Part shown: piece by piece, positions 1 to 8,678 of the stretch | Position numbering within the stretch: position 1 is the stretch's first letter | Layout: each line of letters starts with the position of its first letter | Assembly (NCBI GenBank): GCA_963840035.1 | Contig: CAWIXE010000002.1 | Coordinates: 1,216,001-1,280,000 of the forward strand | From: a candidate division FCPU426 bacterium | GTDB lineage: Bacteria; Oederibacteriota; PGYV01; Palsa-1178 | Length of the DNA stretch: 64,000 nt | Direction of reading: 5' to 3' | Position numbers and translations under genes: made by a program | Notes under the pieces: model-generated | Seen by the model: only the letters and a program-made list of their open reading frames with translations | Told to the model about the DNA's origin: nothing | Databases searched by the model: none

Positions 1-1879
1 CGCCGGAGCTGAATAATATATCCCCGATGGGCATGTTAGTGGCGGTTAACCCAATTTCCCTGACGAGTTCGCCTGCCTCGTTGTATACCCCGATCTTTAT
101 TATATATGGAAACGGCGGCGGAGTGGGCGTGACCGTGGGCGAATCAGTGACTGTAAACGTCGGGGTGGCAGTGGGCGTGTGCGTGAATGTAACGGTATAT
201 GTAGGGCTGTCCGTCATGGTGTACGTCGGAGTATATGTGGGGGTCGCCGTGTATGTCGATGTGGGCGATGACGTGGCTGTGAAAGTCGGGGTTCCCGTGC
301 TCGTCGGCGTCGCGGTATATGAGCTTGTCGGCGACATAGTGCTTGTATAAGAAGGCGTCGCGGTAAATGAAGGCGTGGCAGTATACGTAAATGAAGGCGT
401 TTGCGTTCCGGTATATGTCGAGGTTGCCGTAAATGAAGGCGTGGCAGTATAAGTAAATGAAGGGGTTTGTGTGGCAGTATATGTCGACGTTGACGTAAAT
501 GTAGGCGTGGGTGTGTATGTAAATGAAGGCGTCGGGGTGGCGGTATATGTCGAAGTGGGCGTAAATGTCGGTGTGTCCGTCGGCGTAAATGTCGGCGAGA
601 AGACCATGGTCAGCGTGAATGTCGGGGTCGCGGTGTAAGTACTGGTCATGGTAGGGGTATCAGTCTTGGTGGATGTCATGGTATAAGTGCTTGTCGCGGT
701 AAATGACGGCGTGGCTGTCGGCGTATAAGTGGCTGACGTAGTATCTGTCTTTGTGGATGTGGCCGTATATGTGGGTGTGGCGGTATAAGTATTTGTGGGC
801 GACGTTGTATCCGTCCTTGTCGCTGTCGCGGTATATGTAGGCGTCGGCGTGGACGTGTTTGTGGATGTGGACGTGTAAGTCCTTGTGGAAGTGGCTGTAT
901 AAGTCGGAGTCGGCGTGGACGTGTCTGTGGAAGTGGCGGTATATGTCCTTGTGGAAGTGGCGGTATATGTCGGCGTAGGCGTGGACGTGTCTGTGGATGT
1001 CGGGGTATTAGTCCTTGTGGCAGTCATCGTGTAGGTTGAGGTCGGCGTGTAGGTGTTTGTGGAAGTGGGAGTATTTGTAAAAGTCGGCGTGCTCGTCCTT
1101 GTGTAAGTATATGTGGACGTAGGCGTTATAGTCCTGGTGGCCGTATATGTCGGGGTAAATGTCGGGGTGGAAAGCTGAATTTCCACGAACGCGCAGCTCG
1201 TATTCCCTGTTTTATCTATCGCGCAGTTCATTATGCCGACCGTTGTCGGCGTAACTGTGGCCGAAGGAATAGAACATGGAATCGTGCCATAAACCGCGTC
1301 ATTTACTGCTCCCGCCTCAAAAATCACCCAATTAGGATCCGCATGAAGCGTAGTAGAACCCGGCTTCGAATAATCATCGCAGGCAGAATCAAATGGGGCT
1401 GCGTACCCATCCCTATATATCTGTATATTCGGGTTACTTGAGCCGTCTGCTTTGCCATAATAACCGCCGGGGGGAATTGTGGCCGCGCCGCTTGAAAAAG
1501 TCATGTCTATGACATAATTTGCGTCTGGGCACGTGCCTGCCATATAAGCGGTCGGACCAGAGTACGATACAGTTCCATAATAACCCAGATCTACTCCGGC
1601 CGAATTATATATGTTTGTGCCATAAAAACCCTGAACCGTCATCACTTGTGCCGCTGCCATTTTCAGGTAGATACGCACATGCAAATCAGATAAAGTCACA
1701 GGCACAACGTCATTATTGATAATCCTATAACCCGCGTCAAAGGTATTGCCTGTACACGGGTCAGTACCCCTGTTTCTTACTTCCAGGGACAGGTTATGCG
1801 CAAAAATGACGGAATAAAGGAATACGGCAAGAACAACAAAGACAACTCTTTTTGCCATCCCTCTCTTCTTAATATCCAT
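1..1879 (-). CDS. Secreted protein: signal peptide, CBM3-like domain, ~350-aa Thr-X repeat linker, start of a FlgD-Ig/CTD-like region (runs off left edge; absent from ORF track)
   Basis: Manual translation from ATG 1879 (AGGAG RBS): MDIKKRGMAKRVVFVVLAVFLYSVIFAH...YRIINNDVVPVTLSDLHVRIYL...DANYVIDMTFSSGAATIPPGG...DDYS...VYGTIP, then TPTFTPTYTATRT..., then PPPFPYIIKIGVYNEAGELVREI. Same frame at both ends of the repeat tract; the tract interior was only spot-checked. Confidence 0.85.
   Translation of the reverse strand, partial: MDIKKRGMAKRVVFVVLAVFLYSVIFAHNLSLEVRNRGTDPCTGNTFDAGYRIINNDVVPVTLSDLHVRIYLKMAAAQVMTVQGFYGTNIYNSAGVDLGYYGTVSYSGPTAYMAGTCPDANYVIDMTFSSGAATIPPGGYYGKADGSSNPNIQIYRDGYAAPFDSACDDYSKPGSTTLHADPNWVIFEAGAVNDAVYGTIPCSIPSATVTPTTVGIMNCAIDKTGNTSCAFVEIQLSTPTFTPTYTATRTITPTSTYTYTRTSTPTFTNTPTSTNTYTPTSTYTMTATRTNTPTSTDTSTPTPTYTATSTRTYTATSTDTSTPTPTYTATSTRTYTSTSTNTSTPTPTYTATATRTDTTSPTNTYTATPTYTATSTKTDTTSATYTPTATPSFTATSTYTMTSTKTDTPTMTSTYTATPTFTLTMVFSPTFTPTDTPTFTPTSTYTATPTPSFTYTPTPTFTSTSTYTATQTPSFTYTATPSFTATSTYTGTQTPSFTYTATPSFTATPSYTSTMSPTSSYTATPTSTGTPTFTATSSPTSTYTATPTYTPTYTMTDSPTYTVTFTHTPTATPTFTVTDSPTVTPTPPPFPYIIKIGVYNEAGELVREIGLTATNMPIGDILFSSG
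118..1172 (-). repeat. Coding low-complexity (Thr-X)n tract
   Basis: 6-bp periodicity with an ACN codon every second codon on the minus strand (TPTSTYTATRT...). Confidence 0.9.
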
Positions 1880-1936
1880 TTTCGCATCTCCTAATGATAC
1901 ATTACAATTTATATTTCACCGCGTATACCGTGCCTC

Positions 1937-4243
1937 TTACGGATATGTTACCCTGCCCCACCACGTGAATATGCCGGAAGCTCCCGGCGCCAGCAATGGT
2001 ATGGTTAATTTCACCGGATTGCCGAATGTACAGCTTCCCGCAGGCGCGAGGCATCCAAGCGCGTTCATGTACGGCGGCCATGTGTCGGTTATTGTGTAAT
2101 TAGTGATATTGGCCAGACCATTATTTTTGTAAGCAATATACCATGTAACCGTGTCCCCCGACACAACCAGCGGAACATTTGCCGTCTTTGTTATGCTGGA
2201 TATTTCCGGGCATACCGGATATATCACCACTTCATTTGACCTGACGCCCGCAGCTGTCGCCGAAATAAGGTCACCCGTGTTGGTTATCGGGTCGCAGGTC
2301 GTTACCCTTGCCCACCATGTAAACGATCCGCTTTCATTTGTAATAGGGGCCAGGTCAGCAAGGTTCCAGTCCAATACAGGCGGCCCGCCAACAAGCGTGT
2401 GCGGCCCGCTCTGCCCGAGGTAAGTCAGCGGAAGCGGCACTGTATCATAAAGATGCACTGACGCGGACGTGCGCGGCGCCGTTATGATGAAATTATTGTA
2501 TATGTCCTCTGTTACGCCTTTTGCCCCGCCCTGCTCGCCAAAACCGGAATAAAACGGCCCTGATGGGTCCGTGCACGGAATGCATGTCGCGGCGGTATAT
2601 GTTTTCTGCCAGCCCGGTTCAGCGTCGCCTTTGGGCCACACTTTATACCTGAATGTGCAGTCAGATGTCGCTTCGATCTTTGCCACATACCATTTATTCG
2701 CCACTATGTCAAATGGCGGGTCAAAAACAGAAGTAGCTGCCCATGTACAGCCCGGCACGCATTCCTGTATGGACATGTTACCGCCTGCTACTCCGCCGGG
2801 ATTTTCGTCAATTGATATAACAAGGCCATATGCCCTGCCGTCTCCGGGCGCGGTCTTCCCGTTATCCCTTATGATGACAAGCGCGTCAGAGCCCTCGTAT
2901 CCCTGCGATGACGCCTCATTGCCCGGGTTTATCATGACATCTGTCGTGATGGTGCCGAGGCAGAAATTATAGCCGCTGTATAAAAGCCCCGGATAATTCG
3001 TGGAACCCATAGTTCCCCTTATGGCCCTGTCGCCTGTGCCGCACTGGTCCTCTATGGTCCATGTCCCTGTCTTTCCGCCTTCGGACCTGAACTGCCATCC
3101 TGTCGGGGGCGTGGGGTCTGTGTATGAAGTTTTCGGGAAGTTATCAAATGGCTGGAACGCTTTCAGCACGTCTCCGTTTATGGAGTAATCAAGGTAATAC
3201 GTGACATCAGTTCCCACCGGCACATTTATCTGCTCAGCGGATTTTTTAAGCGTCATGACAGACGATCCGATCTTCACGTTTGTCGAAGCCGGCTTTGTAG
3301 TCGCCCCCATCTTTCCCTGCGCGGTATTATTTATCACAACGCCGTCGCCCGGGTCGGTGTTTAAGCTGTAAAGCATCCATACAGAGCCGCTTGCAGGCGT
3401 TGGGTCGCCTGACCTGTCCTTAAATGTCCATGTAAAAGCATTTGCCAGCGGACCCACTGTCCCGATTACGGGGCCGGTCGCCGTCACATAAGGCGCGTCC
3501 GTAGTAGGCCCGTATGCAACGAGCTTCAAGTATGGGGGCATGGAGTCGGTCAACTGAAGTATGCCCTTCTGGTATGTGAAATCTATGGCAAAAACAACAA
3601 GGTCGCCCACGTCCTGCAGGACGCCTTCAGCCCTTTTGCGTATGGAAAAACCAGGCTGCAAAGGGGGCATGGCCCAGGTAAGCGATTCGGAAGTGCAAGC
3701 GTCCCTTGTGGCCCATTCGCTTTCATTTAAGTTCGCGTCTTTCATGCCGACGTGAAGGTATAGATTGGCTATGGTGCATCCCGGGAAATTTTCAGCATCA
3801 GGGACACGAACCGTGTATTCCCTGTAATATAGATTTCCGCTGCCGGACGGGCATACAGTGCACTGCCCGAGGTCAGCGTTTAACTTGACATTTGCCAGGC
3901 AACCTATCTCGCCGCCGGGCGATGAGGAAGGCTGTGATGTCGGAGGCATTGGCGCGCAGTTCCCGGTTTTAGTTCCGTATACCACAAATACCTGTCCAAT
4001 CCCGGTCAATGCGGCAGACTGAAGGCCCGCGTTTGAACTTACCGCTATATCCATCATAGCATCATTATATCCCTGGGCGCAGTATGTAACTTTAACAACA
4101 AACGAGTCGCCAAAACCCGGGTTAGGAGGTACCATACTTACGCTTACAACACGCGGGTCTGCAAACGCGAAAGACGCAAAAATGAATAATATGGAAAATA
4201 TGGAAAAGAATAATTTGTTTTTATTTAGGAAGGTCCCGCTCAT
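1937..4243 (-). CDS. Secreted Cys-rich protein with DUF11-type Ig-like repeats and an inserted beta-sandwich domain
   Basis: Signal peptide (..FASFAFA-D); three DUF11-like starts (IRKRAEG..VGDLVVFAI, LKKSAEQ..VGTDVTYYL, ITKTANV..SGDTVTWYIAYKNNG..ITDTWP); GGAGG RBS. Confidence 0.75.
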   Translation of the reverse strand: MSGTFLNKNKLFFSIFSILFIFASFAFADPRVVSVSMVPPNPGFGDSFVVKVTYCAQGYNDAMMDIAVSSNAGLQSAALTGIGQVFVVYGTKTGNCAPMPPTSQPSSSPGGEIGCLANVKLNADLGQCTVCPSGSGNLYYREYTVRVPDAENFPGCTIANLYLHVGMKDANLNESEWATRDACTSESLTWAMPPLQPGFSIRKRAEGVLQDVGDLVVFAIDFTYQKGILQLTDSMPPYLKLVAYGPTTDAPYVTATGPVIGTVGPLANAFTWTFKDRSGDPTPASGSVWMLYSLNTDPGDGVVINNTAQGKMGATTKPASTNVKIGSSVMTLKKSAEQINVPVGTDVTYYLDYSINGDVLKAFQPFDNFPKTSYTDPTPPTGWQFRSEGGKTGTWTIEDQCGTGDRAIRGTMGSTNYPGLLYSGYNFCLGTITTDVMINPGNEASSQGYEGSDALVIIRDNGKTAPGDGRAYGLVISIDENPGGVAGGNMSIQECVPGCTWAATSVFDPPFDIVANKWYVAKIEATSDCTFRYKVWPKGDAEPGWQKTYTAATCIPCTDPSGPFYSGFGEQGGAKGVTEDIYNNFIITAPRTSASVHLYDTVPLPLTYLGQSGPHTLVGGPPVLDWNLADLAPITNESGSFTWWARVTTCDPITNTGDLISATAAGVRSNEVVIYPVCPEISSITKTANVPLVVSGDTVTWYIAYKNNGLANITNYTITDTWPPYMNALGCLAPAGSCTFGNPVKLTIPLLAPGASGIFTWWGRVTYP

Positions 4244-4318
4244 AACTTCCTCCAGGCTTTATTTTTTATATACTTTCGACAATTCTTTCGCATTAAAGTT
4301 CCTGTCTATTTGAACATA

Positions 4319-4348
4319 ATTTTACCATACAGAACACCCTTATGTCAA
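4319..4348 (-). promoter_or_regulatory. Putative sigma70 promoter
   Basis: TTGACA-18 nt-TAAAAT with TG upstream of the -10, ahead of the 4243 start. Confidence 0.5.
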
Positions 4349-4475
4349 AGCAAAGAATAACCCCAGTTTTAACGAATAAACCCTGGTTTTCACCTGAAAA
4401 TAAGCGAAATTCAACTGGATTTGAAAATGTGTATAATTACCTAAATCACCAGGTTGTTTTATACAGCAAAATACC

Positions 4476-4552
4476 GCAGCGGGCGGATTATATCAGCCCG
4501 CGCACTTTCCGGTTCAAGCCCCGTTGTCGGCAGGATATAATCCCGCCGCTAC
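4476..4552. repeat. Degenerate inverted REP-like doublet (GTAG-type)
   Basis: GCAGCGGGCGGATTATATCAGCCCG on plus; GTAGCGGCGGGATTATATCCTGCCG on minus. Confidence 0.5.
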
Positions 4553-4846
4553 AAAATCAAAAACACTCTACATCCTTATAAACAAAAAGGCGGGCTTTGC
4601 AGCCCGTATTTTATCCTGCTGAAACTTATTATCCCACTATCGTAAGAGGCATAAATAAAGTCGTCTGGGACGGAAAAAATGGCGCTGGCAGGAAGTGTCA
4701 AACGGCGTTATGGAATACGGTTATTAGCGCAGAAGCGACTGTATTGCCCCTTTTTAACGCTGCATAAGGCATATGGGACATACAAGGATGCCGAAGAATT
4801 ATTGTATCATTCCGATTCTATCATAGACATAACCGGTAAAAAATAC

Positions 4847-4870
4847 AAAAGCGGGCTTTCGCCCGCCTTT
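4847..4870 (-). terminator. Intrinsic terminator
   Basis: GCGGGC-TTTC-GCCCGC hairpin flanked by A/T runs, just downstream of 4905..6608. Confidence 0.65.
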
Positions 4871-4904
4871 GCTTCATATAAAATGAAAAATTCAGAATAT
4901 AAAA

Positions 4905-6608
4905 TTATTTTCTCACAGCTATCTTCCTTGTCAGCGTGTATTTTCCCGCGTTTCCCGATATGTTTACCTTCAATATATATACGCCCGCCGGCACCATCAT
5001 TCCCCTGTCTGTTGTGCCGTCCCATATATACTGATTGTAACCCGGCCTGCCTCCGGCTTCTGATGAACTTATATTTTTTGTCCACACTTTCGAGCCTGAA
5101 ACGGTATATAGCGCGAACTCAATGTCCGAAGCCGATTCCAGGTAATAATCTATGCGGGTGCTTTCCTTGCCCGCGATGAACGGGTTCGGGAAGTTTCCTA
5201 TTTTTTTCTTATCAAGTATCCTCGCCACTTCAGCGGTAAAAGTCACGGTCTTTGCCAGCCCTTCAAGGATAACTGTCGCGCATATGTTTGTAACCGTAAA
5301 ATCAGCGGACGCAAAATTCGCCGTAGAAACGCCGGCGTAAGAAGTGGCCACCTGCTTAAATTTCGTTCCGGGCGTGTCCAGGTAGCCTGTGCCGTAAACC
5401 ACATAATTAACCGCTGTATTTGATACCGGGTTGCCGTATGTATCAAATAACGCCACTGATAACTCCGCCTTTTCATCGCGGAAGAGCTTGGTTTTTGATA
5501 TAGACGCGGTATATGTGACAGGTTCCGCCGAAAACACCTGTATGTTATATGAGTACCTGCTGGGCAGGTCCTTATTTAACGCCTCATGGTCGCCGTCGGA
5601 AGCCGCCAGGTTTATCATCCCGCGCTTGTCGCATCTGACCGTGAATGACGCGACGCCGTCTGCCGTGTCATGGTCGGCCGTGCGCGTAAGGGGCTGGCTT
5701 AATTCAAGCCCTGTTGCCGAATCAATCCCCTTAATGCTCACATAATCCTCAAGCCCGATTATCGGCTCGCCGTTCCTGGGCTGTTCGTGCGACACTGTTA
5801 CTGTCGCTGTAAAATCCTGGCCGGCAGTAACTTCAGCCGGCGCGTCGGCCCATATGTAATAATCGTTATTGCTGTTAAAAAGTATGTACGGCGAAGTCCT
5901 GAACACGGCGTTATTATGAGTCTCCCAGAGCGTGATGGGATAGCTGCCCGTCAAATTCGTGCTGGGGTTAAATGAAAGTTCAAAAACAGCGCTCGCGCTT
6001 GCTGCCGCGGAGAGCGTAACAGAACCGGGGGACACAATCAGAGTATCACCTGGATTGCACGAAAATTCTATCTCCGGAAGCGATGACGTATCTTCCACCT
6101 GATTATAATAAGTATCGCACGCGTAAGCAGTCACGCTGAAAGGCACCGCAATTACCTGCGCCGCAGGGGTTCCTGTATAACCTACGCCGGTGGTGCCCGG
6201 GGCGTATGTCATGCCTTTTGCGATAAATAATAATTTCGTATAAGGTCCCGCTGTTATTTTTCTTTCGGCTATTCCGGTGGCTGAAGTATAAGTAATATCA
6301 GTGGCCGTAAGCGTTACAGGGTCAGCAGCCCCAAGAAGCAGCACATTACCGCTCCAAACACCATTTACAAAACTTATAGTGCCCGGTACGACCCTGCCCA
6401 CGCTGGCCGTTAATGAAACGCTTCCTGAGTATCCGAATATTGGTATATCCGCGGAGTTGCAGGCGTATACTTCAAGCGGTATCACAGCCCCCGCCGCTTC
6501 CCCTGCCGCATTTCCGCCCAAATTAAGGTTAAGATGGTCCGGACCGGGAGCCGCAAACGCGGTTAACGCGGAAACCAGCATCAATATAAGTATGTATGTT
6601 TTTTTCAT
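4905..6608 (-). CDS. Secreted Ig-like domain protein with C-terminal FlgD-Ig/T9SS-like sorting domain
   Basis: Signal peptide; Ig-like motifs (DTYYN, FDTYGNPVSN); C-terminus NFPNPF...IDYYL...WDGTTDRG...GVYILKV...RKIAVRK. Confidence 0.8.
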   Translation of the reverse strand: MKKTYILILMLVSALTAFAAPGPDHLNLNLGGNAAGEAAGAVIPLEVYACNSADIPIFGYSGSVSLTASVGRVVPGTISFVNGVWSGNVLLLGAADPVTLTATDITYTSATGIAERKITAGPYTKLLFIAKGMTYAPGTTGVGYTGTPAAQVIAVPFSVTAYACDTYYNQVEDTSSLPEIEFSCNPGDTLIVSPGSVTLSAAASASAVFELSFNPSTNLTGSYPITLWETHNNAVFRTSPYILFNSNNDYYIWADAPAEVTAGQDFTATVTVSHEQPRNGEPIIGLEDYVSIKGIDSATGLELSQPLTRTADHDTADGVASFTVRCDKRGMINLAASDGDHEALNKDLPSRYSYNIQVFSAEPVTYTASISKTKLFRDEKAELSVALFDTYGNPVSNTAVNYVVYGTGYLDTPGTKFKQVATSYAGVSTANFASADFTVTNICATVILEGLAKTVTFTAEVARILDKKKIGNFPNPFIAGKESTRIDYYLESASDIEFALYTVSGSKVWTKNISSSEAGGRPGYNQYIWDGTTDRGMMVPAGVYILKVNISGNAGKYTLTRKIAVRK

Positions 6609-6623
6609 ATAACACCCCGTGAT

Positions 6624-6724
6624 GAATTTTCAATTCTAAATTTCAATTTTCAATTAGAATCTAATACAGTACAAAAACTTCTTTATGCTTTAATTGAAAA
6701 TTTAAAATAGAAAATTGAAAATTC
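6624..6724. repeat. Inverted 7-mer tandem arrays (AATTTTC / GAAAATT)
   Basis: aattttcaattctaaatttcaattttcaatta ... taattgaaaatttaaaatagaaaattgaaaatt. Confidence 0.75.
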
Positions 6725-6728
6725 GTAT

Positions 6729-8675
6729 TTAACTCAGCTTCATATACTCCTCTATCGAAGTAGTACCCTGCAGTACTTTTAAAAGCGCGTCTTCCTTTAA
6801 GGAATTCATGCCCGCTTTTTTATTCTCTTCCTTTACCTTTTTAACAGGCTCACCTGATACGAGCAGGTCCTTTATCTTTTCAGATATGGGCAGGAGCTCA
6901 AATACGGCGGTTCTTCCCTTATAGCCGGTTCCGGCGCACGCCTGGCAGCCGTTGCCTTTATGCAGCATTACCTGTTTGTTCGCGGTTGTTCCGCCCAGAG
7001 CTTTTACTATGTCAGGCGGCGCCTCATATGATACCCTGCACCTGTCGCAGACTTTCCTTATAAGGCGCTGGGTTAAAACAGCCATGGTGCTTGAATAAAC
7101 CACGTATGGCTCTATGCCGAAATTCACTATGGTCTGGAGCGCCTGATAAGGGTCATTGGCGCGGATACCGGCAATAACAAGATGCCCGCTTGATATCATG
7201 TCAAAGACCGCCTCTGCTGTTTCCTTATTGGGTATGTCCCCGACCGATATGACGTCGCAATCCTGCTCAGCCAGATAGCGCAGCACCTGTCCGTAGCTCT
7301 TGCTTGAAACCTTGGTCTGGTTTATTCCCGGTATAATATAGTTTGATGTCGTGTCGTCTATGGTAAATATGTTCACGCTGGGAGTATTCAGCTCAGACAA
7401 CGTGGAATACATGGTGGTGGCTTTTCCGCTGTTCGTCGGCCCCGATATAAGTATAAGCCCGTATGGAAGTTTTATTTCCTTCCTGAACAGGTCAAGGACC
7501 GGGTCGTCCATGCCCAGCGACGCGAGCGGTATTATGGTGGAGTCCTGCCTCATGATGCGCAGCACTATTTTCTCGCCAAACACCGTCGGAAATGTATAAA
7601 CAGCCATATTAATTTCCTTGCCCGCAACCCTTATCTTCAGTTTTGATTCCTGCGGCGCGTTCTTTTCAGCCACGTTCATCTGCGCCAGTTCTTTTATTTT
7701 GTTTAACAGCCCGGTGTATAAAGTCTTCGGCGGCGAATCCACTTCGTAAAGCGCTCCGTCTATCCTGCGCCTGATCCTGCACCTGTCCGGGAACGGCTCC
7801 ACGTGAATATCAGTGGCGTTCGCGTCATAGGCGTCAGATATGAGTGTCGTTAAAAATGAATTAACCGGGGTATCCGCGGACATCGATGACGGCGCCGGCT
7901 GCGGAGCCGAGTATTGCGGCGCTGGCGGCTGGTACTGCGGCTGCTCGATAGGCGGAAGCGGGTCATTGCGCTGGGCCTGGGCGTACGCGGGCTGAGGCGG
8001 CGGGTTATAAGCCGGCTGCGGCGCCTGGTACTGCGGCTGAGGCGGCGGGTTGTAAGAAGGCTGCGGCGCCTGCTGCTGCGGCCTCGGCGCTTCTTCCCTG
8101 CGCTGCTCATTGCCGTAAGGCGAGCGTGATATTTTTAAAGCCGGCTCTTCATGGTGCTGTCTGCCCATGGGCGCCGAAAGTATGTCGTCAAGTTCGTCCA
8201 CTTTTGCCCTTGCTATCTCGCCGGTCTCCTCTTCCTTGAAACCGAAATATTTATCCAGGTTCTTTTTAATATCCTCGGGCGGCGCGAGCCTCGTGTCTAT
8301 CTCGCTGCGCGTAGTTGCTTTTAAGTCATCCACAACCAAAAAGTTAAGAGGGTCTGCCATGGCAACGGTTATTACCCGTCCCTGTTTTGACACGGGGATT
8401 AAGCGCTCATTTCTCATTAACTGCTCCGGCAGCGTCCTTAAAACGTCCTGCTTTATATCATGAACTTCATCAAGATTAATAAAAGGCACTCCCATCTGAT
8501 AGCCGAGGAAGGTCCATAAAATCTCCTTGGAAATATACCTCATTTTTATAAGGATTTGCCCTATCTTATCCCCCGACCGCTTCTGTTCTTCGAGGGCATC
8601 CTTTAACTGTTCTTTAGTAATAATCCCCTCTTCAAGGAGCATTTCGCCTATGAGCATGTTCTTTGGTTTGTTCAT
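6729..8675 (-). CDS. GspE/PilB-family ATPase-like protein with MshEN-like N-terminus, Pro/Gln linker and degenerate catalytic motifs
   Basis: IGEMLLEEGIITKEQLKDALEEQ; ATDIHVEP, RIDG; Walker A GPTNSGKATT; CDRC..CQACAGTGYKGRTAVFELL. Confidence 0.85.
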   Translation of the reverse strand: MNKPKNMLIGEMLLEEGIITKEQLKDALEEQKRSGDKIGQILIKMRYISKEILWTFLGYQMGVPFINLDEVHDIKQDVLRTLPEQLMRNERLIPVSKQGRVITVAMADPLNFLVVDDLKATTRSEIDTRLAPPEDIKKNLDKYFGFKEEETGEIARAKVDELDDILSAPMGRQHHEEPALKISRSPYGNEQRREEAPRPQQQAPQPSYNPPPQPQYQAPQPAYNPPPQPAYAQAQRNDPLPPIEQPQYQPPAPQYSAPQPAPSSMSADTPVNSFLTTLISDAYDANATDIHVEPFPDRCRIRRRIDGALYEVDSPPKTLYTGLLNKIKELAQMNVAEKNAPQESKLKIRVAGKEINMAVYTFPTVFGEKIVLRIMRQDSTIIPLASLGMDDPVLDLFRKEIKLPYGLILISGPTNSGKATTMYSTLSELNTPSVNIFTIDDTTSNYIIPGINQTKVSSKSYGQVLRYLAEQDCDVISVGDIPNKETAEAVFDMISSGHLVIAGIRANDPYQALQTIVNFGIEPYVVYSSTMAVLTQRLIRKVCDRCRVSYEAPPDIVKALGGTTANKQVMLHKGNGCQACAGTGYKGRTAVFELLPISEKIKDLLVSGEPVKKVKEENKKAGMNSLKEDALLKVLQGTTSIEEYMKLS

Positions 8676-8678
8676 TTT

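Noticed and set aside
27..350. Plus-strand Val-X repeat ORF
   Set aside because: Antisense shadow of the Thr-X tract of the minus-strand gene
118..1172. Possible CRISPR or non-coding tandem array
   Set aside because: 6-bp codon periodicity inside an ORF; no constant repeat with unique spacers and no cas genes
4342..5179. ORFs 4342..4581, 4679..5179 and 4807..5085
   Set aside because: No recognisable motifs; they cross hairpins or overlap the real gene at 4905..6608
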